From Callorhinchus milii (lineage: Eukaryota), in NCBI RefSeq assembly GCF_018977255.1, contig NW_024704742.1, forward strand, positions 110,300,001-110,364,000: a stretch of 64,000 nt of DNA, in the 5' to 3' direction. The first letter of the stretch is position 1. The number at the start of each line of letters is the position of its first letter. The notes below the pieces were generated by a model that worked only from the letters and a program-made list of their open reading frames with translations, ran no database searches and had not been told where the DNA came from. Position numbers and translations under genes: made by a program. Positions 13,210 through 25,896 of this stretch are shown one piece after another.

Positions 13210-13381
13210 GTTTTGAAATTTAAGATTACACAGAATTCTGAAAAAATTATACATTCAGTCTTAGTTTGGAAGCTGATTCTTCTTAAGAACAGCCTCTAAA
13301 TTAAGACTAAAATTATTCGTTTTCACACTAAATTTTTAAGACAAAACTGTAGGCTAAGACTAAAAGGTTTTATGGGCCTCC
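13210..13381. repeat. Palindromic element, family P
   Basis: Central hairpin agtcttagtttggaagctg / cagcctctaaattaagact; shares taagattacacagaatt and aatttttaagacaaa with the other copies. Confidence 0.65.
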
Positions 13382-14804
13382 AATTTGCGAATGTTGGAAA
13401 TTGATTTTTGGGAAAAGGATAATTGGAATTCCCAAAAGCTGGAAAGATCCACAGTTCCAGAGGTCACAGATTCAAAGTTAAACAGTTAATTCTGTATAAA
13501 CTAAAAAACAAAGCCATTTGCTTTATTTAAATGGACCATAGGAGATTATGAATTAAGGTTACAATATACTGGGGAACTTTGTGTACCAGCATTTGATGCA
13601 ATAGAATGGGTGGGCACCTGTCATTCACTGCACAGTGAGTCCTAAATCCTGGCTTTGCTACTTTAGTGAAGTTGCCAAGTAGAGCCAGGGATGTGGTGGG
13701 GAGAATGGAGATGGAGGAAAGAGGGTAAATCTTCCTGGTGGCTAGTTACAAAGCAGTTTTTTCATGTTAAATATAACTGAGTGCACCACTCAGTAACCAG
13801 GTGTGGTGGTGGGGTGGAACTTTAAAAATGAAAGGTGGGAACCCTGCATTATTTTTGGTAGGGCACCTTTTATTTTAGTACAAAAAGGATCTTTTGTATC
13901 TTAATACTCAACATAGTTCGAGGGCGCTGATTTCCACTTCTGTTGTAAAAGTATCAAAATTTTTGATATAAACTATTAGCCCGTCAAATGAATGCTTTCG
14001 GTTGATTATTCTGGACAATTGTTAGTTATACCCTTAAAAGTTAGTAATTTGCTCAACTTGTGCCTGTCATAATGATTAGTGAAAATTTATAGATGGCAAA
14101 AAATGAATCCAATAGATAGGAACTGAGGTAAAGCCTGCAACTGTGTTGTTGTTTCCAGACACAAGCTTTTTTGTGCAGTGCTTCAGTGGTTTATCTAGTT
14201 GCTCAGTGGTTCAGTGCAAGTGTGTGTGGTGAGTAGTGCTGCATGTCAGCATCTTGGCAGGCGAGTTTGATTACACGCTGAAGTTCCTTTTAGTGTTATG
14301 GGCCCAGAAGTATGTGTATAATCCCTGGTGGGTGTATGTGTAGGAGGCCCCAGCATTCAGTTGGAAGCTCTCACTGCTTGTGCACTGTCACTTTAAGTTC
14401 AAAGTTCACGTTCTGTTAAGAGAACCTGAACTTTATATCTTACTGAGCTGAATTTGAGCTGAGTGAAGTGACTGAGGTGCAGCAGCTTGAATCAAATCAC
14501 TTCAAACTGAATAGATCCCAGTCATTTTTCTCAGGAATGTTACCTCTATGCTGCACCACATTTCTATAGAAAACAGAATTAAATGCAACCTTTTTAAGGA
14601 GGCATTAAACTCCAAATAACTGCTGTTTGTTATCTGCATACTTTACGTATTTTGTAGTCAAACACATCACTTGTAAGCTAACAGCATGAAGCATGACTGT
14701 CTGATCCACTCATGTATTTTATAGCATCCCTGATGTCTTTGTGATTGCTGTTCACGAAGAGTGAGATACCTGACTTTGATTATTTTGAATCACATGTCTT
14801 GTAG

Positions 14805-14970
14805 TGAATTATCCTATGGAATATTATGGTACTTCAATAATGGAAAATACACGAATGCAATTATTTCATGTTTTTACATTACTCTACGGTATGGACGACG
14901 ATATTCGCAGAATAAATAAACAGAATATCACTTTGAGTTACCAATACTCTTTCAGATTATTAGAAAAGAT
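14805..14970 (+). CDS. Candidate internal coding exon, unidentified protein
   Basis: tcttgtag acceptor and AT|gtaaga donor; one frame is open throughout (NYPMEYYGTSIMENTRMQLFHVFTLLYGMDDDIRRINKQNITLSYQYSFRLLEK); CpGs locally retained; no family recognised. Confidence 0.25.
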
Positions 14971-15068
14971 GTAAGAATTCAGTTTATGTACATAGGAGCT
15001 CTGAGTTCTGGTTGTTTTCTGAACATGAATATTTTTGGAAGCAAATCCTCTCCACTTTAATTTTGTAA

Positions 15069-15334
15069 AGGGCGAAACCTTGGGCAAGTTTCCTTACTCC
15101 ACACAGCCTAATAATAATCCCTCCAAAAAACAAAAACAATAATAAAAATTGGTCATTTTTCAATCCATGACTGTTTGTGGGTCATTGTTGTGCACAATTG
15201 GCTGCCGCGTTCGCCCACAAATATACAGTCAATTCACTTTACAGTATATTCTGTGAAGCGCTTTGGGACGTCCTCCCGACGTGAAAAGCGCTATATCATA
15301 CACAAGGATTATTATTATTATTATTATTATTATT
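15069..15334 (+). mobile_element. S1 SINE lacking the tRNA head, subfamily A tail
   Basis: Starts at agggcgaaaccttgggcaag; hairpin loop CTCCC; long (ATT)n. Confidence 0.92.
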
Positions 15335-15793
15335 GTAAGGTCCGGTTAAACTACTAAAGTAGAGCATTGCAAAGTGGCAGACTGGAGTTGTACGTGGGAC
15401 TCTGATTTTGTCTGGTTATAGGCTCAGCGCAAGTGAAGCAGATTTCTGCACACATTCGAACTAAGTAGAGTATGTGAACAGACACTGCAAACTAGCAATG
15501 AATGCCAGTAAATATTTTAAAGAGTCCCAACAACTACTTTGAGACCCCTGAAACTACAGTTAAACTACAAAATTTGACTTGATATAACACAAAAATAATA
15601 ATAATCATTGCATTTGATACAGTTTATACCTTATCACGTTGTAGAGACTTGAAGTGCTGCACATAATATATTATGAAGTGGATTGAAGAATTATATTTTT
15701 ATAGATAGGACATTCCTGTATATGGTGAACACATTATAGAACAACAAAAGCCCTTTTCATCTCAAAGATGTCTCAAAGTGCTTCACAAAATAA

Positions 15794-16009
15794 TGGGGTG
15801 AAATTTTTAATGTTTCTTAATGGACTTCTTAACAAATTCGGAGATTCATAATGTTGATTTTTGAGAACTCCGTTTCAATTCAGTCTACTTTTGAAAGCTG
15901 AGTTCTCTCAAATCGGAATGACATGCATGACGTACCTCCAGTTAACGGACAGAGTAGTCACTCACATCTCTTAATTAAGAAATGCATTCACACCGCAAAA
16001 TTGACCCCA
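15794..16009. mobile_element. Small TIR-bounded MITE-like element
   Basis: Ends tggggtgaaatttt and aaaattgacccca are near reverse complements; subterminal tttcttaat / attaagaaa also pair. Confidence 0.45.
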
Positions 16010-16714
16010 ATTTGTTTTAAAGTATACCTTTATTGGTAGGAGCAGCATCTCAATTTTCAAACAAAAAAGTGTTTGAGATGAGTGAACTGGCTGAGGTTCA
16101 CTGGGTTGCATCAGTTTAAAACAAATGGAGCAAAGAACTAGGCTGAACACTGCTCTTCTACCAAGGGTCTAGCCCTCTGCTTAACCCTGATACATCATAG
16201 CACAGCATGTAACTCCACCCTCTTGGCCCATAATATCATCACCATACTCTCATCCCTAACAGTTCTAGTGAGTGTTTCTTTTTCTTTTCAACCATAGTCC
16301 AGGAAGGTCAAGCTGCTAACTCTTCCAGGATCTGCTAGATATGTTAGACTTCTCTACAACCGTTCAGTGTTTTTCCACTATAATATTGCCAGAATTTCCT
16401 GCCAGTGTTCCAGGACTCCCTGACGAACTCTCCAGGCTTCCCTGCTGCTGTGCTCTCGGACTCCAATAATGGACATGGCACATGTCACCACTGCAGCACT
16501 CCAGAACATCACAAGGAAAAGCTCCTCTGGTCTTAACCGCACTGAGAACTGCTAGCCTGGGTGTGTACTCATTTGAATGTTCAGTTTAGAAGCCTTCAAT
16601 ATTTTGTATGTGGATCACAAGAGAATTAAAGAGAAACTCCTCAGCCTCAGACGAGCGGAAGAGAACCAATTTAATGCACAGAAATTTCTGGGCTGATAGA
16701 ATAAGATAATCTTT

Positions 16715-16805
16715 CTGAGGTCCCATCTGCTTTTTTTTGGGTGGATATTAAAAGGTCTCATGGCATTACTTGAAAAGAGTTTCTTCCAGTTGCCTGGCCA
16801 TCCAT
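16715..16805 (+). mobile_element. Isolated Deu-domain remnant
   Basis: gaggtcccatctgc...gtggatattaaaaggtctcatggcattacttgaaaagag...cctggcca aligns with the S2 core. Confidence 0.55.
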
Positions 16806-17764
16806 TTTCCAGATTAACTTGTCATTCAGCTCATGGCTGTACGTGAGTCTTTGCTGGAGCAAATGTAGCCTGCCTCAAATACAATCCTACAAAAATCTGC
16901 CTCAATTATAGTCAATTGGAAACATTGGGATTTTGAAGTGATGCTACAAAAAAAAGACAAGGTCCTTATCTTTCCAATGAACCTTTCAACCTCTACACAG
17001 GGACGTAACCGTTGCATTTTACATATATCAGGCATATTCTTACATGGCAGCAGTTACATATTACGGTTAGCATTACACATGAAGAGTTAAATGGTAGAAT
17101 TTTCCAGTGGGTGGGTGTTAGGCTTAGCACTGTAGTTAGTCAGTTCCTGTCACTATCATAGCGATTTTCCTCTTCCAGTGGTAACAAGCAGATTTGTCTA
17201 ATGTAATTGTAGGCTGGTGATATTCAGACATTTTCATGCCTTTCATGCTGTAATAAGGGTGTAATAAGAGATTCCGAGGTTCAGGCACACAGAAGCATTC
17301 TGGCTGGATTTTAAAAAGTATTTAAAAGAAACAATAATCTCCACACCCGCCACACACTCACACATGATTTCACACGGATAAAGTCTTGCCTGTTGAGGAT
17401 ATGGCTTCAGCTGTGTCCACAGCAGAGTAGGATGAACAAGGGCTTTACTGAGGTTCAGCTTTGTCGCTGTCACTGCACCAATTTTGAAAATGCAAACATC
17501 ACACATCTCTGATGGTTTGTGCATTGTGTGATGTGGAATTAGGCAATGTGGGCAAGGGAATGTTCTAGGCCAGTTCTTCCCTTTGACCTGGGTTAGTCAG
17601 GTTTAGTTGGGATTGTGTTGACGGGACACAATTTGCTTTAAACACAGAGTGTGCTGCGAATTTCTGAAATTACGTACCCTATGAAAATTTACCTGTTAGA
17701 ATACTGTACTCAGTGGGAAACAGAAATTGAAGGGTGACCAGTCTACATGTAAGAGTGAACTGGG

Positions 17765-17855
17765 TGTGAACAGGAGCTGGACTGATTGTGAACAGGAGCC
17801 AGGCTGATTATGAACAGGAGCCTGGCTGAGTAGAACAGGAGCCTGGCTGAGTGTG
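17765..17855 (+). repeat. 22-bp minisatellite, 4 copies
   Basis: tgtgaacaggagctggactgat / tgtgaacaggagccaggctgat / tatgaacaggagcctggctgag / tagaacaggagcctggctgag. Confidence 0.9.
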
Positions 17856-18584
17856 CGCGGGAACTGAGGAGGAGTTGGGCTGAAGGTGGGAGACCATTAT
17901 AAACCCCTATAAAAACTTACTTGCTTGAAGCACTCTGTCAGATGAGGCCAGTTCCCGCCACAGATATTGTCAGCAAGCATATGTGGGCCGATGCGCATGT
18001 GTAGAGGGATTGCAATTGACTGGACCATAGGTAAATGAGAGGAAAGTTGGATCAAAATCAATCTGTGGAGTACCGAGTATAGAGCACAGTGTCCAATAGG
18101 GGGCAACTCTCTGGTTTTACTCACAGGTGCAGGGCTTTGAGGGGGCGTGGGTAGGTCCCCCTCCACAATGTTCCTGGAGTAGGAAAGACAAAGCCAAACT
18201 GGGCAGAGTTCCCGGCTCCTGATCACTGTTCAGTCATTGTTGTTGGACAGGATCTGGCTCAGCTGTGATGCCTCCCATGATGGCACAGCCTGCCAACACT
18301 CACTGGCTGGACTCAGTACACAGGAAGAGCATGCAGTGGGCGAGGTACCAGATGGGTGCCACTGCCTGTGGACTATACCCCAGCCAGACACATTGTGTTC
18401 AGAAGAGGAAGACGTTGGTAGAGGAGATTTTACTCTCGCATCACTATTTCACATCTAGAAACAAATCGACGTAGCTTTCACCTATGTTTACTTAAACTTC
18501 ATGCTTTTTAGAGGATTTCACTGTTCAATTTGTTTAAAAGTCATCTTCTATTTAAGATTTGGAGCCACAGGAGCTACAGGAGAG

Positions 18585-18893
18585 GAGTCCTGTAGCTCAG
18601 TGGTTAGAGCACTTGTCTCGCAAGCAATAGAACTGGGTTTGATTCTCGGCTGGACAAAACCTTGGGCAAGATTCCTTTCTCTACACACCTGATAATAATC
18701 CCTCAAGAAAAAAACACAGTAATAAATTGGTCACTTCAATCCACGACTGTTTGTGGGATACTGCTGTGTGTAATTGGCTGCCGCATTTCGTTCACAAAAT
18801 ATACAGTGAATTCACTTTACAGTATATTCTGTGAAGCACTTTGAGACGTCTAGAAGACATGAAAAGTGCTATATGAAATCCAAGGATTATTAT
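18585..18893 (+). mobile_element. S1 SINE, full length, subfamily B
   Basis: tRNA head with CTCGCAA loop; tail hairpin loop TAGAA. Confidence 0.93.
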
Positions 18894-19324
18894 CAACATT
18901 CAACTAAAATAATGAAACCGATTGGTTTGTAAGCAGAGTTCTGTACTCTCCAAGCCAGTAAACAGTAAATTCTGACTGAGCTGAATTTAGCTAACCTTGA
19001 CATACATGGTGGTTTGGTGCAAATTAAATGTCGCTGAAGGCCCCCAGAGGGTTAACAGTATTTGCAGAATAAACTGAAAAACGCTAACCTTGTCCTCATT
19101 TAGTTACTGAAAGCAGAACCCTTTTGACAGTCAGTGGGTTAAAAGGAGGGAAAGGTCGCTATCATAAACAACAAAAGATAAAATAGAACTAGCAGAAAGC
19201 TTAAAAACTTTGAAAGAATAATAGTAACTGGAGTATGACCTGTACTGTGGTGTGATATTAGTTCAAAATAATCAACAAATTATATATTTAAAAAAAATAA
19301 AATCTCTGTGAGCTTTTCTGTGGT

Positions 19325-19395
19325 CGGAAGTGAGTCAGTTCAGGCCCATCTGTTTCTATTCTAAGATGGAGGGGAAAGGTCAAAGTGCCTTTGTT
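19325..19395 (+). promoter_or_regulatory. Candidate enhancer motif cluster (ETS/AP-1, DR1, SOX/TCF)
   Basis: CGGAAGTGAGTCA, AGGGGA-A-AGGTCA-A-AGTGCC and CCTTTGTT within about 70 bp of unique DNA; motif matches only. Confidence 0.25.
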
Positions 19396-22300
19396 TTAAA
19401 TGAGCTGGTCACTACTGCAGACGTAACTTGATAAGATTCAACCACCTTAATGAAATTGGCATTTCACTGACACTGTGGGCTGTATGGCACCCCGGCGTTA
19501 CATAGTCATGTATTGTAAATAGAGAGGATTTTACAAATAAATGCACAGTAGAGCATGACTTTGTGCATGACCTTCATACCCTAGTGCTCTAAGGCGGCCA
19601 CCTGGGTAATGTGATGGCTAAATTTGCCACCCCCTACTCTTTCACAAATTACAGAACCGCTCACAGGCCACACAGTTCAACAAGCACTGCTCTCCACAGA
19701 TGGTGAACCCATTACAACAGCCCCGCTCAATGTCCCAGCCAAACCAGATTCTAAATGGGATTAAACAACACGCGCATTACTCCCATAAAACTAACGAAAC
19801 AAAGGGCTCAAAGTGGCGAGAACGACATTTGAAGAATGCAAATCTATTTCTCCGATTTGACTGTTTCCACTAAAATCAAGTGTGTGTTTTAGTTGAGCCC
19901 AAAGTGAGACAAAAATGTTCCGTTAATTAATGTTTTAGTAACCACAACTCACTGAGCTCTCACCAAGGAATCAGGATTAAAAATATACAGCAGTTTGACA
20001 TGCTGATCCAGCAACTGGAGCATTACCCTCTAAGGGCCATAGGTAGCATACATTTGTACTGTTTGTTAAACAGGCTTAGCAATTCTTTTGGTAGATTGTG
20101 TGCTGTAAATGCAAGCAGGTGTTATTTTATGTTCATATGGCTTTCATTCCCACCCCCAACCCGAAAATATTCTTCAGTGCTAATTTACTGTTGTTATCCT
20201 GCGTCGGTTTGCTCAGTATATTGGCAGNTTTTTTTTCTAAAAAACAGCTTATTTAATAATTGTGCATGCAAAGCTGTTCTTGAGCTTGTTGCTGAATTTC
20301 TTCAATTCTACCTAATGCTCACTGTAGATTTCAAATAATGGGAATGAACCATGACTAATATTTTGGATTCACAGGTTCAAAGGCTTTTCGTGTATTTATT
20401 TATCCCATGCTAGAGAGAAATGGAAAAATTGTTATTAATTTCTGCATTAACCAGTAGGTCACTGCAGTTATCTTTAGCCACCTTATTTCTATGGCAGAGT
20501 AGGTACACCTCTAATCTAAATGCACACAAGCATATTTTGAGACATGTTTTGATGCTTACTCATAGATTAGTTATATCCACATTTGTTGTGCCAGTGTTTC
20601 TCTAAAGAAGGGGTAGCAAAAAAGGTAGCACAGGGTTAGGGAGATACATAGAACTGGATCCCAAATAAAGAATGCAAAAAATAATATCTACCCTTTATTA
20701 CTTTAAATAATATGGAATAGTGCCTATAGAACCTGGACACTGGATATAGGGCTTTTTCAATATGTTACTGGTTATTAAGTACATAAGAGGTGCAGAAATA
20801 ACATGCATGCATTGGAGTGGACAGTGAAATGATACCATACTTTGGATATGTCAGATGTACTTAAGACATCTGCAAATTCCACAGCTTGGTTCCAGCACAA
20901 AGTTTGTTGAATCTGTCAAGTTTTTTAAAAAAATGGAAAATAGCCTTGGAACTGAAGAGTCATATCTCAAGATAATAGTTACCACATTAAAAACGTTATG
21001 TACTAAATGTTCCTACCCGTACTGCTTTCTTTTGTAATAAAACAATTTTTAAAAAAGTTTTTTTTGTCAATGATAAATGCTACGTTCCACACAGCAGAGA
21101 GTTCTGACTGGTTTGTAGTTTAGACTCTGATTAACCAAATCAGCTGACCTCTTTCTTGTGCCCCCTTCTCATATGAATGCATGCTGATACATATCCAGGA
21201 GATTGAGAGCTAATCAAACCCATCTCTTCAAAAAGGTTTGTCAATGCTGTCTACTGTGTTACACAACAGTTACTCATACAATAATAACAATCACCCACTG
21301 CTATAGATTAAATGGGATAATCTTCTGCTTCTGCCTCCTGAGTGCTGTAGAAAAGTGCACTATACCACAAACAAATTTTAACAATAAATAACAAATAAAG
21401 AAAACCAGTATCCAATTAACGCGCAGTATTTAGACGTAAAGTGACTGACCTCATTCGCTTAAATAAGAAGAATTGCCACTAAAATCCTCAAGATGTAATG
21501 TACTGGAATTATTAAAGACACATTCTTTCATTCTCAGGGTTTTTGCAACTAAAAATAGAGAAATAAAAACTGGCACGTAAAAGATACTGTTCAGTTTAGG
21601 TCCCAGTTAACTTGAGCCATGAAAGGCTATTGTCTGCTTCAAGCAAATCAAGTTTGCTAGGTATAGTTTTTCCGGCAAGTGCTGGTCTCTAACTTAGTTG
21701 GGTCCCGATCACCTCATCAATCAAAGCTCATGATCATACCCAGCAATAAGGAAGACAACCACAGGATTGGCAATTGTCTTGGAAATGTAAAATAAACAGT
21801 TTTTCTACATATGCTAATTTTTGTTTATTGACCACTTACTGAGCAATGGTGTAATTAGGGTCATTAACAAAACATAAGCAGCTCAGTGTTTGTCAATACC
21901 TGACCTTTACTGTATTCAGTGCATTCACTGTAACACGCTGTTAAACAAGCTGTTGGACTTGCTGTCGTTTTGTTTTATATGCGCGCGGCTGTTTCAGCAG
22001 CACAGAATGGAATTTACTTTTTTGTCCAGCCCCTACCATCTTTCATCGTATACACTTTGCCAATCATTTGTCAAAGAACTTTGCTTCAAGACCTTGAAAA
22101 AATAAAATATGAAGTGGGCTTAGGATTTACAGATAAAGGGGTTGGAAAGATCTCTCTCATCAGCTGGTCATGCAGAAGAGCAAGGGGAAAAGCTATCAAA
22201 ACTGCGCAGATGTTATCAGACCGTGACTCCTGCAAAGCTATGCGTCCCAATGGAGACACAAAATTACAGATGTTAAACACATTACAGTGGAAATATTAAC

Positions 22301-24011
22301 TACATCTACAGAGGATTTTTTTTGTTTTCTGTATGTAATCTAATTGTTACAATACTTATAGTCAGAGAAACAAAATATTAATCCCATTCAATCCACAGTT
22401 TTGGACTTGAACTTCCAGTTTTCTATACTGAGTTTGTTGAAGGTCATTGCTCCAGGCAACATAAAATCCTTAATGTAAACCATTTGCCTTTGCCACCTGG
22501 AGACCTCTGTGCACTGACAGCCAGTTTGGACTATTAACTGCAGCCCACAAAAGTATCCGTATGCTCTGCAGGCCTAATAGTACTACTGAGCCAGGTCAGT
22601 TTCCTGGTGCCCTCATCTGCTTTGTGCTGCTCTCTGCTGCCCTCTGCTAACCTCTGTTGCCCCCTCCCCCCAAGCAGTCCAGCAGTTCTTCCTCTCAGAC
22701 CTCTCTCACTGATCCAGCTGGGCCTTGGCCCCCTCAGGTCCCTCATGTCAAACAACTAGGCCCCCACTACATTACACGCCCTGAAGGTGACTGCTGGAAA
22801 CAAGCACATAGAAAGCCTAGGTTCTGTGAAAGCGTGATGGCTTCACAGAGCAAAAAATACATCAATCACAGTGCCCAGCTGTCTCAATTAACCCTTAGTT
22901 AATCTGGGACCTCCTGGAGAATCTGAAAGGCGTCTGAGGGAATGGGAGATGCTATCTGCCACAAAGATTACTACTCTCCATGTGGATCAAAGACAATTCC
23001 ACATTTTACCCTGGTGATTAGCTGTAATTAAATAAAGTAAGTCTGTTTAAACTTCATTAGCGTTTGTTACAGCAGAGTGAGCTCAAATCAACCATTCTTA
23101 ATTAAAAGATAATCCATGAGATCGAGTAAAATCTGCTTCCAAAATATACGATTTTCCCCCTGAAAGGTTTCCACTTCAAACACAAGAGTGAATCCTCCGA
23201 TTTCAGGTACGTAAGGGTATCTTCTCCGTGTTCCATTTGCTGTTGAGTGTTGAATGTAGCTGATAACATCAATTTTGCACGCTATTATCTAAAATGGTTG
23301 AAAACCACACTTCAGCAAAGTCTGACATAAATCTTTGAGAGAGGGGCCATTGAATATGTATGAGCTGAAACAGATATGACAGTGCGAGCGCATTAATATT
23401 CCTGTCACTGGGGTTTCAAACTTTCCTGGATGGTTAGAGTAGAGACAAGCAATAGTTTTTGTAATATAGTATACAAAGCAATTACACAATTATGCAATTA
23501 AAATTTCAAACACAGTTTAACTGTCTAAGCTTTTATTTAATGTTAGGAGGTCAATGCAATGCTTTGTTTGCACATGGAGGAACGTCTGTTGACCTTGAGA
23601 GTTATGAGTAAAGATAGCTGGCAGAGACCGTGGCCATTACAGCAGTGCTTTTGCTTTTGGTTCTGGAGTCATTCATCATTTCTGTGCATTCTTTTGTCCC
23701 TGACAGATCTGGTCTGAGCCCTGACACCGGACACCCAATAACCTCCAAGCAGACACGGCTCAGGGCCCAAAGAATTCCTCCTTCTCAAACATGCATGAAG
23801 ATAGCACCAGATAAAGGCATCTCAAACACAGATGATGACAGGCCAGCTCTTTAAGTCTATTATAAGAGAACATATCTCACCTCAAACATTTTAGGCTTTA
23901 CTAATAAAAACTTGCAGAGAAACTGAGGTCACTGTGTTAAAAAACAACCAGGACAAAATCTGGCTTTAACTCTTTACATACCATAATGTTATTTTCCCCG
24001 ACTCCGTAACT

Positions 24012-24077
24012 GTTAAGCGCTCGAAGACACTACCCTGTGTGGAGGGCGCGATGTAAGTGCAAGTTATTGTTGTTGTT
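24012..24077 (+). mobile_element. L2 3' tail (second L2 tail type)
   Basis: aagcgctcgaagacactaccctgtgtggagggcgcgatgtaagtgcaagttattgttgttg; same type at 36807, 39771, 41787, 47922 and 55793. Confidence 0.7.
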
Positions 24078-25159
24078 CCCGACTGCCTATTCTCGCAGAG
24101 ATTTTGACATTAAAGCTAAGAATCAACGATTATACCAACAAAGTCATGCAGAGTCATGCTACTGTCATTCATCTTTATTTCTATTCTTACATTCACATTG
24201 CAAAATCCCAATAGACTTTTTAACATCTGACAAAAGACTAGAACAAAATCAATTTCAACTCTTACCAGCAATGGCAATAATTACCGGTACTCGTGTCCAT
24301 GGCTCACTTTTGACCATGTAGGGATAGGGGTGGGGCTGATGAAGATTGCATGAAAGGTGCTATATAAGTGCAAGTTGTTATTTTTGCAGTAATTGAAAGT
24401 AATAACAGAAATGTGAATAACTAGCTTGATGGACGTGAGAGATGTTAAAAAATATAATAGGCATTATTGATTTGAACGCTTGCCATACAGAGCGTGAGCA
24501 CACAGAGAACGTGTGGGGAAGCACAAACAATGCATATTCCACAGTACACTGATTATTGAGGTCACTGCTACGTCACACTGTTCCTGTCATGGATTGGCAC
24601 CAGTCCAGAGGTTTTTTTGTTAAACAAAAAAGGTCCACCATACAGTAAATAAAGAACAGAGCAGTGATTGATTGCCTTTAGTTTTCAACTCACAAGCAAG
24701 GCAATGGGTTGGCCTTTGTGTGAGCAATGACATTTTGGACATTTGAAACTAGATGAATGAAGAATACTGAAGCCAGACACCTCCTAAAGAAAACCCATGG
24801 AAAAGTTACATGTCAAATAGTGCCCAAAAATAAAATTTAAACACAACCATGAAACACATGAGTAAATGACTATAATAATTTTTTTTAAAAAGCCAGCATG
24901 ATAAGTGGCCTTTGTTCAAACATAATGTTCAGGAGATGGCATTGACAAGCAGGCATTGTATTCTTCAAAATTGCTTTCGGCACATTTCTCAATATATGTT
25001 TTGTATAATATTGCACCTTGGTCTGTGCTTAGAATCCTGCAGCAATTTTAAAGTTACACTTGACTTAATGTGAAACTAGTATGATTAGTATTATCTCTAG
25101 AAGGATAGATAGGGAGGTCAACAATATTCTACTGCAAAGTGCAATAATAAAATAATGAG

Positions 25160-25367
25160 AATAAGCCTTGCATTTGACATAGTGTCTTAGCATATTGTCA
25201 AAACAGCTCAAATTGCTTCACAGGACTTACTGTAAAGAGTAGTGACTATGTATTTTGTAGGTGAACGTGGCAGCTACTTTGCACATAGCAATGTCGCATA
25301 AACAGCCATGAAGTGAATAACCAATTTTATCTAAAGGATTGTTGGCTAGATCACTAGGAGAAAACCC
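25160..25367 (-). mobile_element. S2 SINE 3' half
   Basis: ccttgcatttga...gcttcacagga...cagccatgaagtgaat...gttggctag, collinear with 1989-2280. Confidence 0.75.
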
Positions 25368-25449
25368 TTTCCAACTTAAAGATTCTGTCTCCTAGCTTAT
25401 TGCACACAATATTCGTTTTGGTTCCTTTGTTCAGGGTTTATTTATTTTC

Positions 25450-25508
25450 TGATGATCAATACTGTAATAAGACTAGTCGTGATGATCAATACTGTAATAA
25501 GAACTAGC
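25450..25508 (+). repeat. 30-bp tandem duplication
   Basis: tgatgatcaatactgtaataaga occurs twice with period 30. Confidence 0.9.
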
Positions 25509-25896
25509 AGTGGTACATATTTTCCATGTTACCACATCCTCAAGCTGTGTGGTAACCTTACTTTATTAACAATCATCTCAAGAGTTTGGTGCTTACATAT
25601 ACATACATGCACCCACAACTTTCAGATGTCAATTACTAATTGCACCAGGTTCTACCTGATTCTACCATAGTATCAGATTAATAACTTGACAATTTTGACA
25701 ATCCAGCTCTGATAATGAATGAGCATTTGACTCGTAGAAACTCATAAGTTTTCGTTATTTACATGACTTGATGCTCTTGCTGCAAAACAAAGATTTCAGT
25801 ACCAGAATGAAACACTCCATTTACATTTTCTATATACAAGTTCAAGTATTCTTTGATTTTGTATAATTTTTATTCAATAGTTTACACTAATACATT

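Noticed and set aside
15175..15357. Recurrent peptide [23 protein letters not shown]...YYYY as a gene family
   Set aside because: It is a translation of the S1 body and (ATT)n tail.
17765..17855. CRISPR-like array
   Set aside because: Contiguous tandem units with no unique spacers, in a eukaryotic context.
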